From positions 24,738,001-24,802,000 of the forward strand of contig NC_043010.1 in NCBI RefSeq assembly GCF_006345805.1: a stretch of 64,000 nucleotides of DNA, written 5' to 3'. The translations under genes were made by a program, and so were the position numbers. The notes under the pieces were generated by a model that saw only the letters and a program-made list of their open reading frames with translations, did not search any database and was not told the DNA's origin. Below, in pieces: positions 50,752 to 63,335 of the stretch (within the stretch, counting starts at the first letter, position 1; each line of letters opens with the position of its first letter). The DNA is from Octopus sinensis (taxonomy: Eukaryota).

Positions 50752-52920
50752 TTCAGTAGTTTTATTTTTTATAGCGTGCTTTTACTTCACTACCGAGCCT
50801 AGCTCTGTGTGCCTTGGGTATGTGCTGTGATTTGTTGTGATGCTCTGATGGTTATTGTGTGGAAAGTGTTCTGCGTAGGATGCGTGCAGTGCCTAGTAGT
50901 GCAATTTTCTGTATGTTATATGTGTTTGTAAGTCCTGGTGTTTTTGTTATGTATTTGTCTGAATATTTTTTTATCATGCCTAATGCAACTACTATGATAG
51001 GAATTGTTTCTGTTTTTAGATTCCACATACTGGTTACCTCTATTTCCAGGTCTTTGTATTTTGAAAGTTTCTCCATTTCTTTTAGAGACACGTTGTCATC
51101 TGCCGGTATTAATACATCAATTAGAAAGCATTTTTTTTCTTCATGATGTCTGACAACTATATCTGGTCTGTTGGCCTTAATTTCTCCATCTGTGTGTATC
51201 GGCATATCCCAGAGTATGGTTGCTTTCTCGTTTTCTGTGACCTTTTCTGGTGTGTGCCTATACCATCTTTTTTCTGTTATTCCATAATGTTGGCATAGCT
51301 TCCAGTGTATGTAGGTTCCAACTCTGTCATGTCTGTGAATATATTCCTTCTTAGCCAGGACTGGGCAGCCAGAGATAATATGATTTATTGTTTCTTGTCC
51401 ATCTCCACATATTCTGCAGTTACTTGTTATATTTCTTTTCATTACATGTTTTTGGTAATTTCCGGTGGGGAGGCTTTGGTCTTGTGCTGCAATTAAAAAT
51501 CCCTCTGTCTCTGCTTTGAGTCCTGAGCTTCTCAACCATTGCTGGGATTTTTCTTTGTCTATTTCTTTTGCATTTAGTTTAGTCCAGTATTTACCATGAA
51601 GGGGTTTTTCTTGCCATCTTTTTATCATGGTTCTTTGCTGTTCTAGTTTTAGTTTGGATTTCATTTGTTTTATAGCTTTTGTTGTTTCTTCATCTTCTTC
51701 TTCTTCTTCTTTATATTTGTTAGATGGTATGATTTCTTGTTTGTATTTGTCAGCTTCCTTAAATACTGAGAACAGTTTTTTGTTTTGCTCGTGTTTTGTC
51801 GCTATTTGGATCAGTTTTCCTTCCTTCTGAAGTAGATATTTTTGCAGTCCTATGGTGGTTATTTTATAGTAGTTTTCCAGCTGTATAAGGCCTCTACCAC
51901 CTTCTATATGTTGTATATATAGTCTTTCTATGTCAGATTTTGGGTGATGCATCCTAGATCCTGTCATTATTTTTCTTGTTTTCCTATCTAGTCCAGTTAA
52001 GGATATTGTAGCTGTAACTTATAACTGGGACTGCTAAATTGTTAATACCTATTATCTTGTTTTTAGCATTGAGCTCTGTTTTTAGTATTGATTTAACTCG
52101 TCTATAATATTCTTTTTTTATTTTCTCTTTCATTTGTGTGTGTTGTGTCTTATCTAGTTCATGGATTCCTAAGTATTTGTAAGTTTGGCTTTGGTCTAAT
52201 TCTTTTATTTCATTGGTTTTATCTAGTGTGATGTTGCTACTCTTAACTAGTTTTCCTCTTTTCATGGTTACTTTGGCGCATTTTGCTAATCCAGTTTTCA
52301 TATCTATTTCTTTGGTAAACCCATGAACTGTCTTTAATAGTGTTTCCAGCTGTTTGTCATTTGCAGCGTATAGTTTTAGGTCATCCATATATAAAAGGTG
52401 GCTGATCGTTTTGCCGTAACATTTATATCCGCATCCAGTTCTATTTAGCATATCAGATAGAGGTGACAGTGCCAAGCAGAAAAGGAGTGGAGAGAGCATG
52501 TCTCCCTGGAATATTCCTCTTCTAATGGGGATGGCTTTGGTTTTCATGAGTCCCTCTTTTGTTTGGAGCTGTAGCACTGTTTGACATTTATTCATAGAGT
52601 GCCCTATAAATTTTATAATTGTTGGTGCTACTTTGTTAATGGCTAGTGTTTCGAGGATCCATGTGTGGGGGATGCTATCAAACGCCTTTTTGTAGTCGGT
52701 CCAGGCCATACTGAGGCCTTTCTTCTTTCTGTGGCTGTCTTCAGCTATGGCTTTATTGATCATTAGTTGATCTTTACAGCCGTATGAACTTTTGCGGCAT
52801 CCTTTCTGTTCTTCTGGAAACAGGTTGTTTTCGTCTAGGTGCTTGTTCAACATTTGCGATATCACTGCAGTAAATGCCTTGTACATCGTAGGGAGACAGG
52901 TTATTGGTCTATAGTTTTTT
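50752..52920 (-). mobile_element. R4/Dong-like LINE (RT plus restriction-like endonuclease), family A, 5' truncated
   Basis: KKAFDSIPH, GIFQGDMLSPLLF and YMDDLKLY motifs. CCHC finger CRICG...ETINHIISGC, RHD, and RLE motif NRPDIVV...LIDV. Flanked by (TTA)n. Confidence 0.92.
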
Positions 52921-52985
52921 ATTATTATTGGTCTGTAGTTTTCTTATTATTATTATTATTATTAGTTTTCTTCTTCTTCTTCTTC

Positions 52986-53030
<45 letters not shown>

Positions 53031-53035
<5 letters not shown>

Positions 53036-53789
53036 TAGTTTTATTTTTATAGCGTGCTTTCACTTCACTACCGAGCACAGCTCTGTGTGCCTTGGGTATG
53101 TGCTGTGATTTGTTGTGATGCTCTGATGGAAATTGTATGGAAAGTGTTCTGCGTAGGATGTGTGCAGTGCCTAGTAGTGCAATTTTCTGTATGTTATATG
53201 TGTTTGTAAGTCCTGGTGTTTTTGTTATGTATTTGTCTGAATATTTTTTTATCATGCCTAATGCACCTACTATGATAGGAATTGTTTCTGTTTTCAGATT
53301 CCACATTCTAGTTACCTCTATTTCCAGGTCTTTGTATTTTGAGAGTTTCTCCATTTTTTTTGAGACACGTTGTCATCAGCCGGTATTGATACATCAATTA
53401 GAAAGCAATTTTTTTCTTCATGATCTCTGACAACTATATCTGGTCTGTTGGCCTTAATTTCTCTATCTGTGTGTATCGGCATGTCCCAGAGTATGGTTGC
53501 TTTCTCGTTTTCTGTGACCTTTTCTGGTGTGTGCCTATACCATCTTTTTTCTGTTGTTATTCCATAATGTTGGCATAGCTTCCAATGTATGTAGGTTCCA
53601 ACTCTGTCATGTCTGTGAATATATTCCTTCTTAGCCAAGACTGGGCAGCCAGAGATAATATGATTTATTGTTTCTTGTCCATCTCCACATATTCTGCAGT
53701 TACTTGTAATATTTCTTTTCATTACATGTTTTTGGTAATTTCTTGTGCTGCAATTAAAAATCCCTCTGTCTCTGCTTTGAGCCCTGAGC

Positions 53790-53790
<1 letters not shown>
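53031..53790 (-). mobile_element. Dong family A 3' fragment, copy 2
   Basis: Near-identical to 50752-51535, with an internal deletion at about 53722; (TTA)n flanks. Confidence 0.92.
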
Positions 53791-53827
<37 letters not shown>

Positions 53828-53835
53828 GTTATTAT

Positions 53836-54179
53836 TCAGTAGTTTTATTTTTATTTTTATAGCGTGCTTTCATTTCACTACCGAGCGCAGCTCTGTGTGC
53901 CTTGGGTATGTGCTGTGATTTGTTGTGATGCTCTGATGGAAATTGTATGGAAAGTGTTCTGCGTAGGATGTGTGCAGTGCCTAGTAGTGCAATTTTCTGT
54001 ATGTTATATGTGTTTGTAAGTCCTGGTGTTTTTGTTATGCATTTGTCTGAATATTTTTTTATCATGCCTAATGCACCTACTATGATAGGAATTGTTTCTG
54101 TTTTCAGATTCCACATTCTAGTTACCTCTATTTCCAGGTCTTTGTATTTTGAGTTACCTCTATTTCCAGGTCTTTGTAT

Positions 54180-54182
<3 letters not shown>
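53836..54182 (-). mobile_element. Dong family A 3' fragment, copy 3
   Basis: Near-identical 3' end, with a short direct duplication at the 5' junction. Confidence 0.9.
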
Positions 54183-54246
<64 letters not shown>

Positions 54247-54257
54247 CATTATTATTA

Positions 54258-54314
<57 letters not shown>

Positions 54315-54329
54315 TATTATTATTATTAT

Positions 54330-56938
54330 ATGTTTGACTTTTGCTTTATGTCTGTACAAGTTGGCTCCAAGTCTCACCTAGAGACCTCAAGAGACAACAG
54401 GTTGGAAGTTCACGTTGTTGTTATGCCTAGTGTGCCATATATTTGGGGGGGGTTGTGTTGTACTAGTGAATGTCTAATACGTAGATTTTTTTTTTAAAAG
54501 TTTGTTTTAAAACTTGGGATTACAAAGAGAGTATTTTGCGTAGGATATGAGCAGTTCCCATGAGCACTATCTTTTGAATTTCTGCCATTTTGGGGTTTCC
54601 TGGTATCTGAGTTAGGTAGCAATCAGCCCCTTTCGCTATCATTCCCAGGGCACCTATGACAACAGGTATTGTTTTAGTCTTCAGCTTCCACATTTTGCTG
54701 ATTTCTATTTCAAGATCTTTATATTTGCTCAGTTTTTGGTAGGTCTTGACAGATACGTTTATATCGATTGGGACAGTCATATCAATGAGGAGGCATGTTC
54801 TTTGTCTGAAGTCTTTCAATATGATGTCTGGCCTATTTGCATCTATCTTTCTGTCAGTTTGAATGGTGAAGTTCCAGAGGAGTGAGATGTGCTCATTTTC
54901 AAGTACTGGAGGTGGATTGTGTTCCCACCAGTTTTCTTCATGGGGCAAATCCAGGTTTTTGCAAATTACCCAGTGAATATATTGTGCAGCTCTATCGTGC
55001 CTGTTGAGGTACTCTGTAGGCGCTAGAAGACTGCATTTGGAGACAACATGATCAATGGTTTCATTTTGTTGTCGGCATACACATGTTGGGCTACTGCCGT
55101 TCTTTAATATGTTGGCCTGGTAGTTTCTTGTTGGTAGGCATTGATCTTGAGCTGCTATGATAAACCCTTCTGTTTCAGATTTTAAGCCAGAGGCCATTAG
55201 CCATTGATGGGTCAGGGCTTTGTCAATATCTGCATTATTCGCTCTCTTTGGGTATTTGCCATTGAGAGGTTTTTCTTGCCATTTATCATTCAGAATATCT
55301 AAGGCCGCAGTTTTGGCACAGGTTTTCATGCGCTTAGCTTTTTCTGTGCTTGTTTCTTGTATGTATTCGGAATTCATTTAGATATTCCTTTGCCTGTTTT
55401 GTTACTGAGTATGATGCTTTCTTGTTTTCATGTTTTGAGACAAGTTTTAACATCCAGTCCTCAGACTTTTTCAGGTAGGTGCCTATGCCAATTGTAGCAA
55501 TATTCATTGTTATTGCCAGTTGCAGAAGACCACGGCCTCCCTCTTTTCTTGGCAGATAAAGTCGTTCTGTATCTGCCTTAGGGTGGTGCATTCTATGCAT
55601 TGTCAACAGTTTTCTTATTTTTCTGTCGAGCTGACATATTTCAGTAATTGACCAGTTAACGATATTGAAACTGTAAGTCACGACTGGTATGGCAAATGCA
55701 TTGATCGCTTCGATCCTGTTTCTTGCATTCAGCTCTGTCTTGAGTATTGCTCTCACTCTTCGATAGCATTCGCTCCTGATCCTTTCCTTCATCTCTGAAT
55801 GCCTTATTCCGTTCCCTTCAATTACCCCTAGGTACTTGTAGCTCTCTGTTGGGTCTAGTTCTTTTATGACATTCTGCTGGTCAAGGTTAACGTTAGATGT
55901 TTCTTTCATTTTTCCTTTGATAAAGGTAGCTTTTGCACATTTATCGAGGCCGAATTGCATTCTGATGTCGTCACTGAATTGTTTGACTATCGCTAGTAAG
56001 CCCTTGAGTTGTTGGTCATTTTTTGCAAAAAGCTTTAAATCATCCATGTAAATGAGATGATTTATATTTTTATCAAACATTTTATACCCGTACTGCGCGT
56101 CATTGAGCAGTTTTGAGAGAGGTATTAAGGCTAAACAAAAGGTGTGGTGACAGTGAGTCACCCTGGAAAATGCCACACGAAATTTTTACATCCCCAGCAT
56201 TTAGGGATTCATTGTCACTGTAAAGAGTTAGTGTGGTTCTCCATGATCTCATGCTTACAGTGAAAAAGTTTCGCAGAGTAGGTGCTATCTTATACATTTC
56301 CAGGCATTTCCTAATCCAGCTATGTGGTAGGCTATCAAAAGCGTTTTTATAGTCTATCCAGGCTATTGATAAGTTTTTGTGTCGTTTGTGACAATCTTCT
56401 AAGATCATCTTATTGATGAGTAGTTGATCTTTACAGCCGTAGGATCCACGTTTACATCCTTTCTGTTCATTAGGGAATATGCTGCTGTCTGTTAAAAAAC
56501 TATAAGTATATTCCGTCAGGACAGATGTTAGCGTTTTATACATAGTTGTTAAGCAGGTTATGGGTCTATAGTTTTTTGGTTCATTTGTTTCTTCACTTTT
56601 TGGAAGCAGGAATGTTAACCCATTAACTAGCCAAGGAGGCATCCTACTAGGGTGTTGCAAAACATCATTGTACAGTTCTGTTAGCAGTTCATGGCTCTCT
56701 GGGAAGACATTCAGCCAGAAGTTAGGAATTTTATCCTTTCCTGGAGACTTCCATTTGCCTGACCTCCTGAGAGCAGATCTTATATCTTCTACCTTGACAC
56801 CCTCCCACTTTTGCTCTTCTAATGGATCCAGTTCTGTAGATATTCTATCAATCCAGGGGGCCTTTTCGTTGTGTGTTTTTTCTTCTGCCCCAAATTTTAT
56901 TCCAAAATCCTTGCACTTCTTCTTTTGATGGTACAGAC
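54330..56938 (-). mobile_element. R4/Dong-like LINE family B, 5' truncated, few frameshifts
   Basis: NYRPITCL, KNAFDSLPH, GIFQGDSLSP, YMDDLKLF, RHDRAA and NRPDIIL...LIDM across ORFs 56100-56660, 55334-56176 and 54520-55377. Confidence 0.92.
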
Positions 56939-56989
56939 CTTATTATTATTATTATTATTATTATTATATTATTATTATTATTATCATTA

Positions 56990-57420
56990 TATGAAAGCTC
57001 AGCTTATTTTGCTGGGTATGATGTAAAGTGTCGGCTGTCCACAGCCACCAGGCTAAGGTGACACTTGTTTACTGATCATGCTTCAAGAACCCCGCGAAGG
57101 ATTCTTGCAGTTCCAAACAATTCTGATTTTTGTAGGTGTTCTACCTTCAGAACACTTGCACCGATCTTTTTCAGCCATGTTGGTAGTTGAGTGCTGATAC
57201 TTCCAAGTGCACCAGTTACTATTGGTATCACGTCTACTCTCTTCATTGATTATAATCTTCGTATTTCCAACTTCAAATAGTCATAGTTGTTTATTTTTCT
57301 TCTTTCACATTGATCCTGTCGTCACCGGGGCATACTATGTCGATTATATTTCTCTTTTATTCACCGCAACAATATCCGGTTTCTGGTTGGATGATTGCAC
57401 TGGATCATTACATCACACAG
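56990..57420 (-). mobile_element. R4/Dong-like LINE family C 3' fragment
   Basis: Homologous to 17748-18197; preceded by (TTA)n. Confidence 0.75.
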
Positions 57421-57849
57421 GATTTTGCAGTTTTCATTTTCGGTGACTCATTTTGAGCTTTGTTCATACCACGTCTTTGCTATTTGTAGGCCGTGATTTC
57501 CACAGAGCTCCCAATTTTCAGTTTTGATGACGCCTCCCTTCTTCGTGTATTTCAACAGTGGATCCACGGCACTTTTTATATACCACCCTAAGCTGTTTTC
57601 CCACCCTTTCTTCTGGACAAGCACAGCCTATTGGTATCACTCTTAAAGTAGAAGGTTCCGTGTACTGTCAACATTTTTCTGGTCTTGGTATCCATTTTCT
57701 TCATTTCTTTTTTTTTTTTGCTATTTTATAATTCCCCCTCCATACCGAAGTGATGCTATCGCCCATGTATTAAGTGCTTGGCTTTTATTCCATCCAGTCA
57801 ATTTTGAGCGCAACACTAACCTCAGTCTTCGGAAATACTCCATCCTCAG

Positions 57850-59580
57850 TTACTCTTTCATTTCCTTTTCCATTTTCTCGTTGAACTCTAGTGCACCGAG
57901 GTATTTGTATGCTTCCGTTTCAATTTGTTTAATGAGGTCTCTGTTCGATAATTCCATCCCTGGTAAGGACTGTACCTTGTCTCTTTTTAGGTAGATTATT
58001 CGGCACTTCTTGAGTCCAAATTCCATTCTAATATCAGTACTAAAAACGAAGTGAACCGTGTTCACCAAGGAACTCACTTGAGTCTCATCTTTGTCATACA
58101 GTTTCAAATCATTCATGAAGAGGAGGCGGTAGATTGTTTGGGGTTTTCCCTTTAGTTGGTACCCCATGTTCATTTTCCTAAGTACCAAGTACTAAGTATC
58201 AAGCAGAGAACAAAAAGCAACGGAAATAGGCTATCACCCAAGAAAATCTCTCTTCTGATACCCACGGTGCCCAAGCTTTTTCCGTAAGATATCAGTTCAG
58301 TTTTCCATCCCACCATACTTCTCTTGGGGAAATCCGTCACATTCCTCGAAGTTCCAAACCGATCTAAGCACTCAATGATCCACGAATGTGGAATCATACA
58401 AGCTTTACGTTAGTCAATCCAGGCCACTCCCGGATTTGTTCTTTGTTTACAATCTTGCATCAATTTTGTCTATCAATTGTTGATCTTCGGTACCTCTGCA
58501 TCTCCCTCTACAGCCTTTTCGTTCGGGCGGTAATATATCGTTCTCATTGAGAAATTTATGCAGTTCTTCTGCAATTCCTTCTGACAGAAAATCCACATTA
58601 ATGGGAAGCAGGAAATTGGTCTATAATTGTCAGCAGCATTTCCCTTCGATGCATCCTTCAGGCACAACACCACTCGACACTTTGTCAACCAGCCCGGGAT
58701 TTCTTCTTCTCCTTTGATCAATGCATTAAATTGTTCAGCGATCAATTTATGGCAACTATTGAACTTTTTTATTCGAAATCCCTGTACACCATCAGGTTCT
58801 TCTGCTTTCCAGTTGCTTATCTTTTTACTCATATTTCTCATACTCTCTTCTGTGAAGTGGGTAGCCTCTTGCTGGGGATAAGAAGCTGTTTGTTTCAGGA
58901 TGTAGAGTCATTCAGCTGTAGTATTATGTTGTTCTTGCTTACTCCATATCTTACCCGAAAAAAAGTCGACTTTCATTAGCGTCAGGGACTAGTTTTTCAC
59001 GTTTTTATCATCATTGATCTGTTGGTAAAATCTTTTTTGGTCGGTTCTAAACAATCTGTTTTGCTGGTATCGTTAAATCTGTTGTTAAGACCTAGTTAGC
59101 TTCGCTTTTTGTTTTCTTTTTGCATGTATGCGCTGCTTCAGTTCTTCAGTTATAGCATTTAGGCCTTTTGTATCTACACCATACTTCTTCCTCACTTTTT
59201 CGAATTTCCATTTCTTTTTCCTGACAAATACTGTTCAAGGAGTTCATATCTTCAGAAATTCTCCTTTTCCACCACAGTTGTTTATTTCCTCTTCTATCCG
59301 TCGTTGTTCTATTCTCAGTAGTTCACAGGCCCATCCTTTCCACCAAAATATTACAAGCAGCCCTGATAAGATTATTTGTGTGATGTTCTTTGTTTCAATG
59401 TGTCTCAATACATTATTGACTTTATTCATCTCCATTGGTTAGCTGTCTTCAAGTCGTACATAAATTCTGTCCCTTCTGTATTTAATAGATCTAAAATTTT
59501 ATCTATCATTAATCAACCTTCATTGTTTGAATAGTCACTGATCTCAATTCTTTCCCAATTCACGATATTATAATCTTGCG
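57850..59580 (-). mobile_element. Older R4/Dong-like LINE remnant (RT region)
   Basis: NWKAEEPDGVQGF..KK, NYRPISC, IPHSWI, IFLGDSLFPLLFVL and LLFMNDLKLY; many stops. Confidence 0.85.
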
Positions 59581-59584
59581 AACA

Positions 59585-59613
59585 ATTGTCTATCTATTAT
59601 TATTATTATTATT

Positions 59614-59649
<36 letters not shown>

Positions 59650-59660
59650 GCTGCTGCTGC

Positions 59661-59695
<35 letters not shown>

Positions 59696-59874
59696 TTGTT
59701 GTTGTTGTTGTTGTTATTATTATTATTTATTATTATTATTATTATTATTATTTATTACTTACTATTATTATTATTATTAAATAATAATAATAAAAATAAT
59801 AATAAAAATAATAATAAATATTATTATTTTTATTTTTTTATTTTTTTTATTATTATTTTTTATTATTATTATTA

Positions 59875-59908
<34 letters not shown>

Positions 59909-59930
59909 CATAGTTATTATTTTCATATGC
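59585..59930. repeat. Compound (TTA)/(TTG)/(CTG)/(AAT) repeats
   Basis: Direct reading. Confidence 0.95.
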
Positions 59931-59939
59931 ATTCAACAG

Positions 59940-60365
59940 ATTAGACTTAGAAAAGAAAAAACCCTAACATCGGGCTACAAGTAACCTTAGATGCCAAAAA
60001 CCCTCCTAAGTATCCTAGCTGTCCCTAATAACACTGTTTTCTGGAGCTGTGTTCTAAACTGTTTTTTATGCCTATTTCCTCTAATCATCTGTTCAGGTCT
60101 TTAAGGATAGTTCCCAATGCACCTGTAATTAGTGGGATACATTTTATCCGCCCTTTCCATAGTCTCTGTAACTAAATAGCTAGGTTCAGGTACTTTGCTA
60201 TTTTTTCTATACTTCAATAACTGGCTTCTATTACTCTGTCAGTCTGAATGTTGAAGTCCCACAACATCTTGTATTTCTTACTTTCTAGTACTTTACTAGG
60301 TTCATGTTCATACCATTTATCAGTATGTTCAAATCCTAGCTTTCTACATAGCTCCCAATGGATTA
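59940..60365 (-). mobile_element. R4/Dong-like LINE 3' fragment, cut by a SINE
   Basis: IHWELCRKLGFEHTDKWYEHEP..VLE...KMLWDFNIQTDRVIEA. Confidence 0.8.
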
Positions 60366-60366
60366 C

Positions 60367-60580
60367 GCGGCAAGCTGGTAGAATTGTTAGCACGCCGGAC
60401 AAAATGGTTAGCGGCATTGCATCCGTCTTTACGTTCTGAGTTCAAATTCCGCCGAGGTCGACTTTGCCATTCACAGTTTCAAGGTCGATAGATTAAGTAC
60501 CAGTTGAGTACTGGGATTGATGTAATCGACTATCCTTCTCCACAAAATTTTTAGGCCTTGTGCCTATAGTAGAATGGATT
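60367..60580 (+). mobile_element. SINE family 2
   Basis: gcggcaagctggtagaattgttagcacgccggacaaaatg... Confidence 0.88.
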
Positions 60581-60614
60581 ATTATTATTATTGTTATTAT
60601 TATTATTTTTTTTT

Positions 60615-61315
60615 AAACTCTCAGCTTATTTTGTTGGATATTCTGATAAGTGTCAGCTGTCCACAGCCAGCAAACTAAGGCGACACTTGTTTCCAATACT
60701 AATTTTTAGTCTCTGTCAAGTCGCGGTAAGGACCTCAGACAGGTTGTTTTTTAAGCAGTATGCATACAGTTTCAAGTAAAGGCCATTTTTGCAATACACC
60801 AAGATTGTAGAGTATTTCTAAAGTGTCCAGATGTTTCTTCAGGTAGAGTGGTATTGAACCCAATGCTCCGATGACAACAGGAACACCCTTTATGTTTGAC
60901 TCTCGCAGCTTCCATATCTTGGCGATCTCACTTTTCAGGTTTCCATATTCTTTCTTTCATCATAATATGTTGATTTCCTGACGCTGCTACAACGATTATC
61001 AAGAACCCTAAAGGCTATATATCCGCCCTTCGGTGTTCTAACATCTTGTCTTTCAGGAAGCCAAAGTCCCAAATCTTTGCCTTCCTGTTATCGTCTGTTA
61101 CTTTTTCCGGTGTACGCTGGTACCAAGCAGCAATTTCCTCATATCCATACTTCTGGTATAGTAGCCAGTGAAGGCTTTGAGCTACCCTTTCGTGTCTGCG
61201 TTTGTACCCTTTTTGCGCAAGTTTTTCACAAGCACTAGCAATATGAGTCACGCTTTCGACTTTCTTCCTGTACATTCTGCAGAGGTTCGTTGCACTTGTG
61301 GACTTCGAGATATAT
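60615..61315 (-). mobile_element. R4/Dong-like LINE 3' fragment
   Basis: LCRM...ESVTHIASAC, KRRHERVAQSLHW, IWDF...RRADI and PVVIGALG. Confidence 0.8.
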
Positions 61316-61379
61316 GAAGTCAATTATATTTTTAGGGTGGAATTCGAAGTAGATAAAACCACAAATAACAGCAGCTCTG

Positions 61380-62880
61380 TCATGTTTCCAATCCCGCAAT
61401 CAGCCTTCTACTAGTGTTTATAGTATATATCTATGGTAAAGGTGGTGTCCTTTTTAATAACCATTATCTCTAGGAATGGTAATTTGGTACTACTCATCTC
61501 CTTTGTAAATTGGAGAGATATTAAACTCTTTCAAAGTATTTAGAGATTCTGTCCAGATTATGAAACAATTGTCAAAGTATTTCTTCCATGCCTTTTCAAT
61601 ATACTTTCTAAGTTCAGGGCTATAGTTTTCCTCTACTTCTTGGTAGACTTGTTGCTCTAAATATCCCATTACAGAGTTCGCGTAAACGGGGGAAAACCTC
61701 GTTCCCATCACTGTGTCGTTAATTTGGATGTAATTTTTTTCCATTGATGAAGAATGTATAGTGCTCCATAAGCCTGACTGTGTCTAATATAACTGGCACT
61801 GTGAATCTGTTGGGGATCACTTCTCTATGTTTTTCTACCCAGTATTTAATCACCTTTATTCCTAAATCATGTAGAATATTGGTGTAACTAAGTAGAAGTG
61901 AATTTGTTTCAGTTCTTTTGAGAAGATGGGACAGGAAGTCGATGTCATCCCGAATGCAAGTGGTATATAAGTAGATAGTGGTTTCAAAACAATGTCAATA
62001 AGATTGCTTAGACGTTGGGTAGGGCATGCTGGACCAGTTGTAATAGGTCTAAGTTTTAAGTCTTTTGGATGCAATAATTTTATGTACTCATTTTTTAGTT
62101 CTTTTACTGCATGCTGAATATCTTTTGATTTATGTATTTTCGGTAAGCTATAGAATTTGCTGGGTTTTGGCTCGAAATTAGTGAGGTAGTCTCTTTCATT
62201 ATCGGTAAGTGAGTTGTGGTGTTTTGAAACCAGGTTGTTGATCTTCTTCATGACGTGGTGGTCTATATTAGAAGGTATTTCACAATATAAGGTTGTGTCC
62301 CTCAGTTGGCCCTCAGCCAAATCCTTGTAGCATTCTACATCCATAATAACAATTGCATCCTCTTTATCTGTTTGTTTAATTATTATTGTTTGATCGTTTT
62401 GTATATGTTTAAGTGCAGACATTTCGGATTTGTTAATATTTGGCCTAACATTAGTATTGTCTCTAAGGAGAAATTTAGACAAGATATCAATGTATTGGTC
62501 AAGATAGTTATTTCTTCCTTTTAGTGGGGCAAAATTTGATTTATTCTTTACTAGGGATTCATCAATCTGATTAGTTTTATTTGTGAATAATTTTACAAGT
62601 CGTAACTTACAACAGAATTTTTGAATATCCTCCTTTAGTTCTTGGTGGTTGACTGTTGATGTAAATTTCAGTTCTTTTGACATAAGTTGGATTTCATCAT
62701 TGTCAAGATCTCTTTTGGATAAATTAACTATTTTAGGATCTATATGTTGAGTAGTTTGGGGTATGTTACCTCTTGGATTTTATCTTTCTCCATGTCTGTT
62801 TTCGTTCGGTTTCCTTGTATGTCTCCACTATCATGTTTTTGCTACCAACTTTGACCCTCTCAAATCCTAATTTTTATTTT
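61380..62880 (-). mobile_element. Penelope-like retroelement RT remnant
   Basis: SKELKFT, IIKQTDK..AIVIMD, FYSLPKIHK, LKLRPI..GP.CPT.RLS, YIQINDTVMGT...YAN..MGYLE and WKKYFDNCFIIW. Confidence 0.88.
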
Positions 62881-63084
62881 GGTTTGCGGGAGCAACTGCA
62901 TTCGAAGACTCATATTGTCGTTCAGTGCTCGAAATGAGGAGCAGATGGACAGCCGACACCTGATTAAGGGTCGTTATATTACTTGTCCTGTTTTCCATTT
63001 GTTTCTCTCGTTGCTTATATATTCAACTCTTTTGTTTTCGCATTTCATGTTGTTTATGGTTTGTGACGTCCTGTACCCACATAT

Positions 63085-63111
63085 ACATATATATATATAT
63101 ATGTGTGTATG

Positions 63112-63179
<68 letters not shown>

Positions 63180-63290
63180 ATATATATACATACATACAAC
63201 AAGCAGTCGCATATATATGTATGTACATATATATTTGCATACATACATACCTACGTATATACATATATGTATGTATGTATTATGTGTATT
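63085..63290. repeat. (TA)n/(TATG)n microsatellite
   Basis: Direct reading. Confidence 0.9.
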
Positions 63291-63335
63291 AGCACTAACG
63301 TTGTGTTTCTTTCTCATACGCTTCATCCAATGTAG

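Noticed and set aside
62900-62980. Possible hammerhead at the 5' side of the second Penelope remnant (cctgattaagggtcg)
   Set aside because: The core is non-canonical (CTGATTA) and no GAAA or stems could be assigned on either strand.
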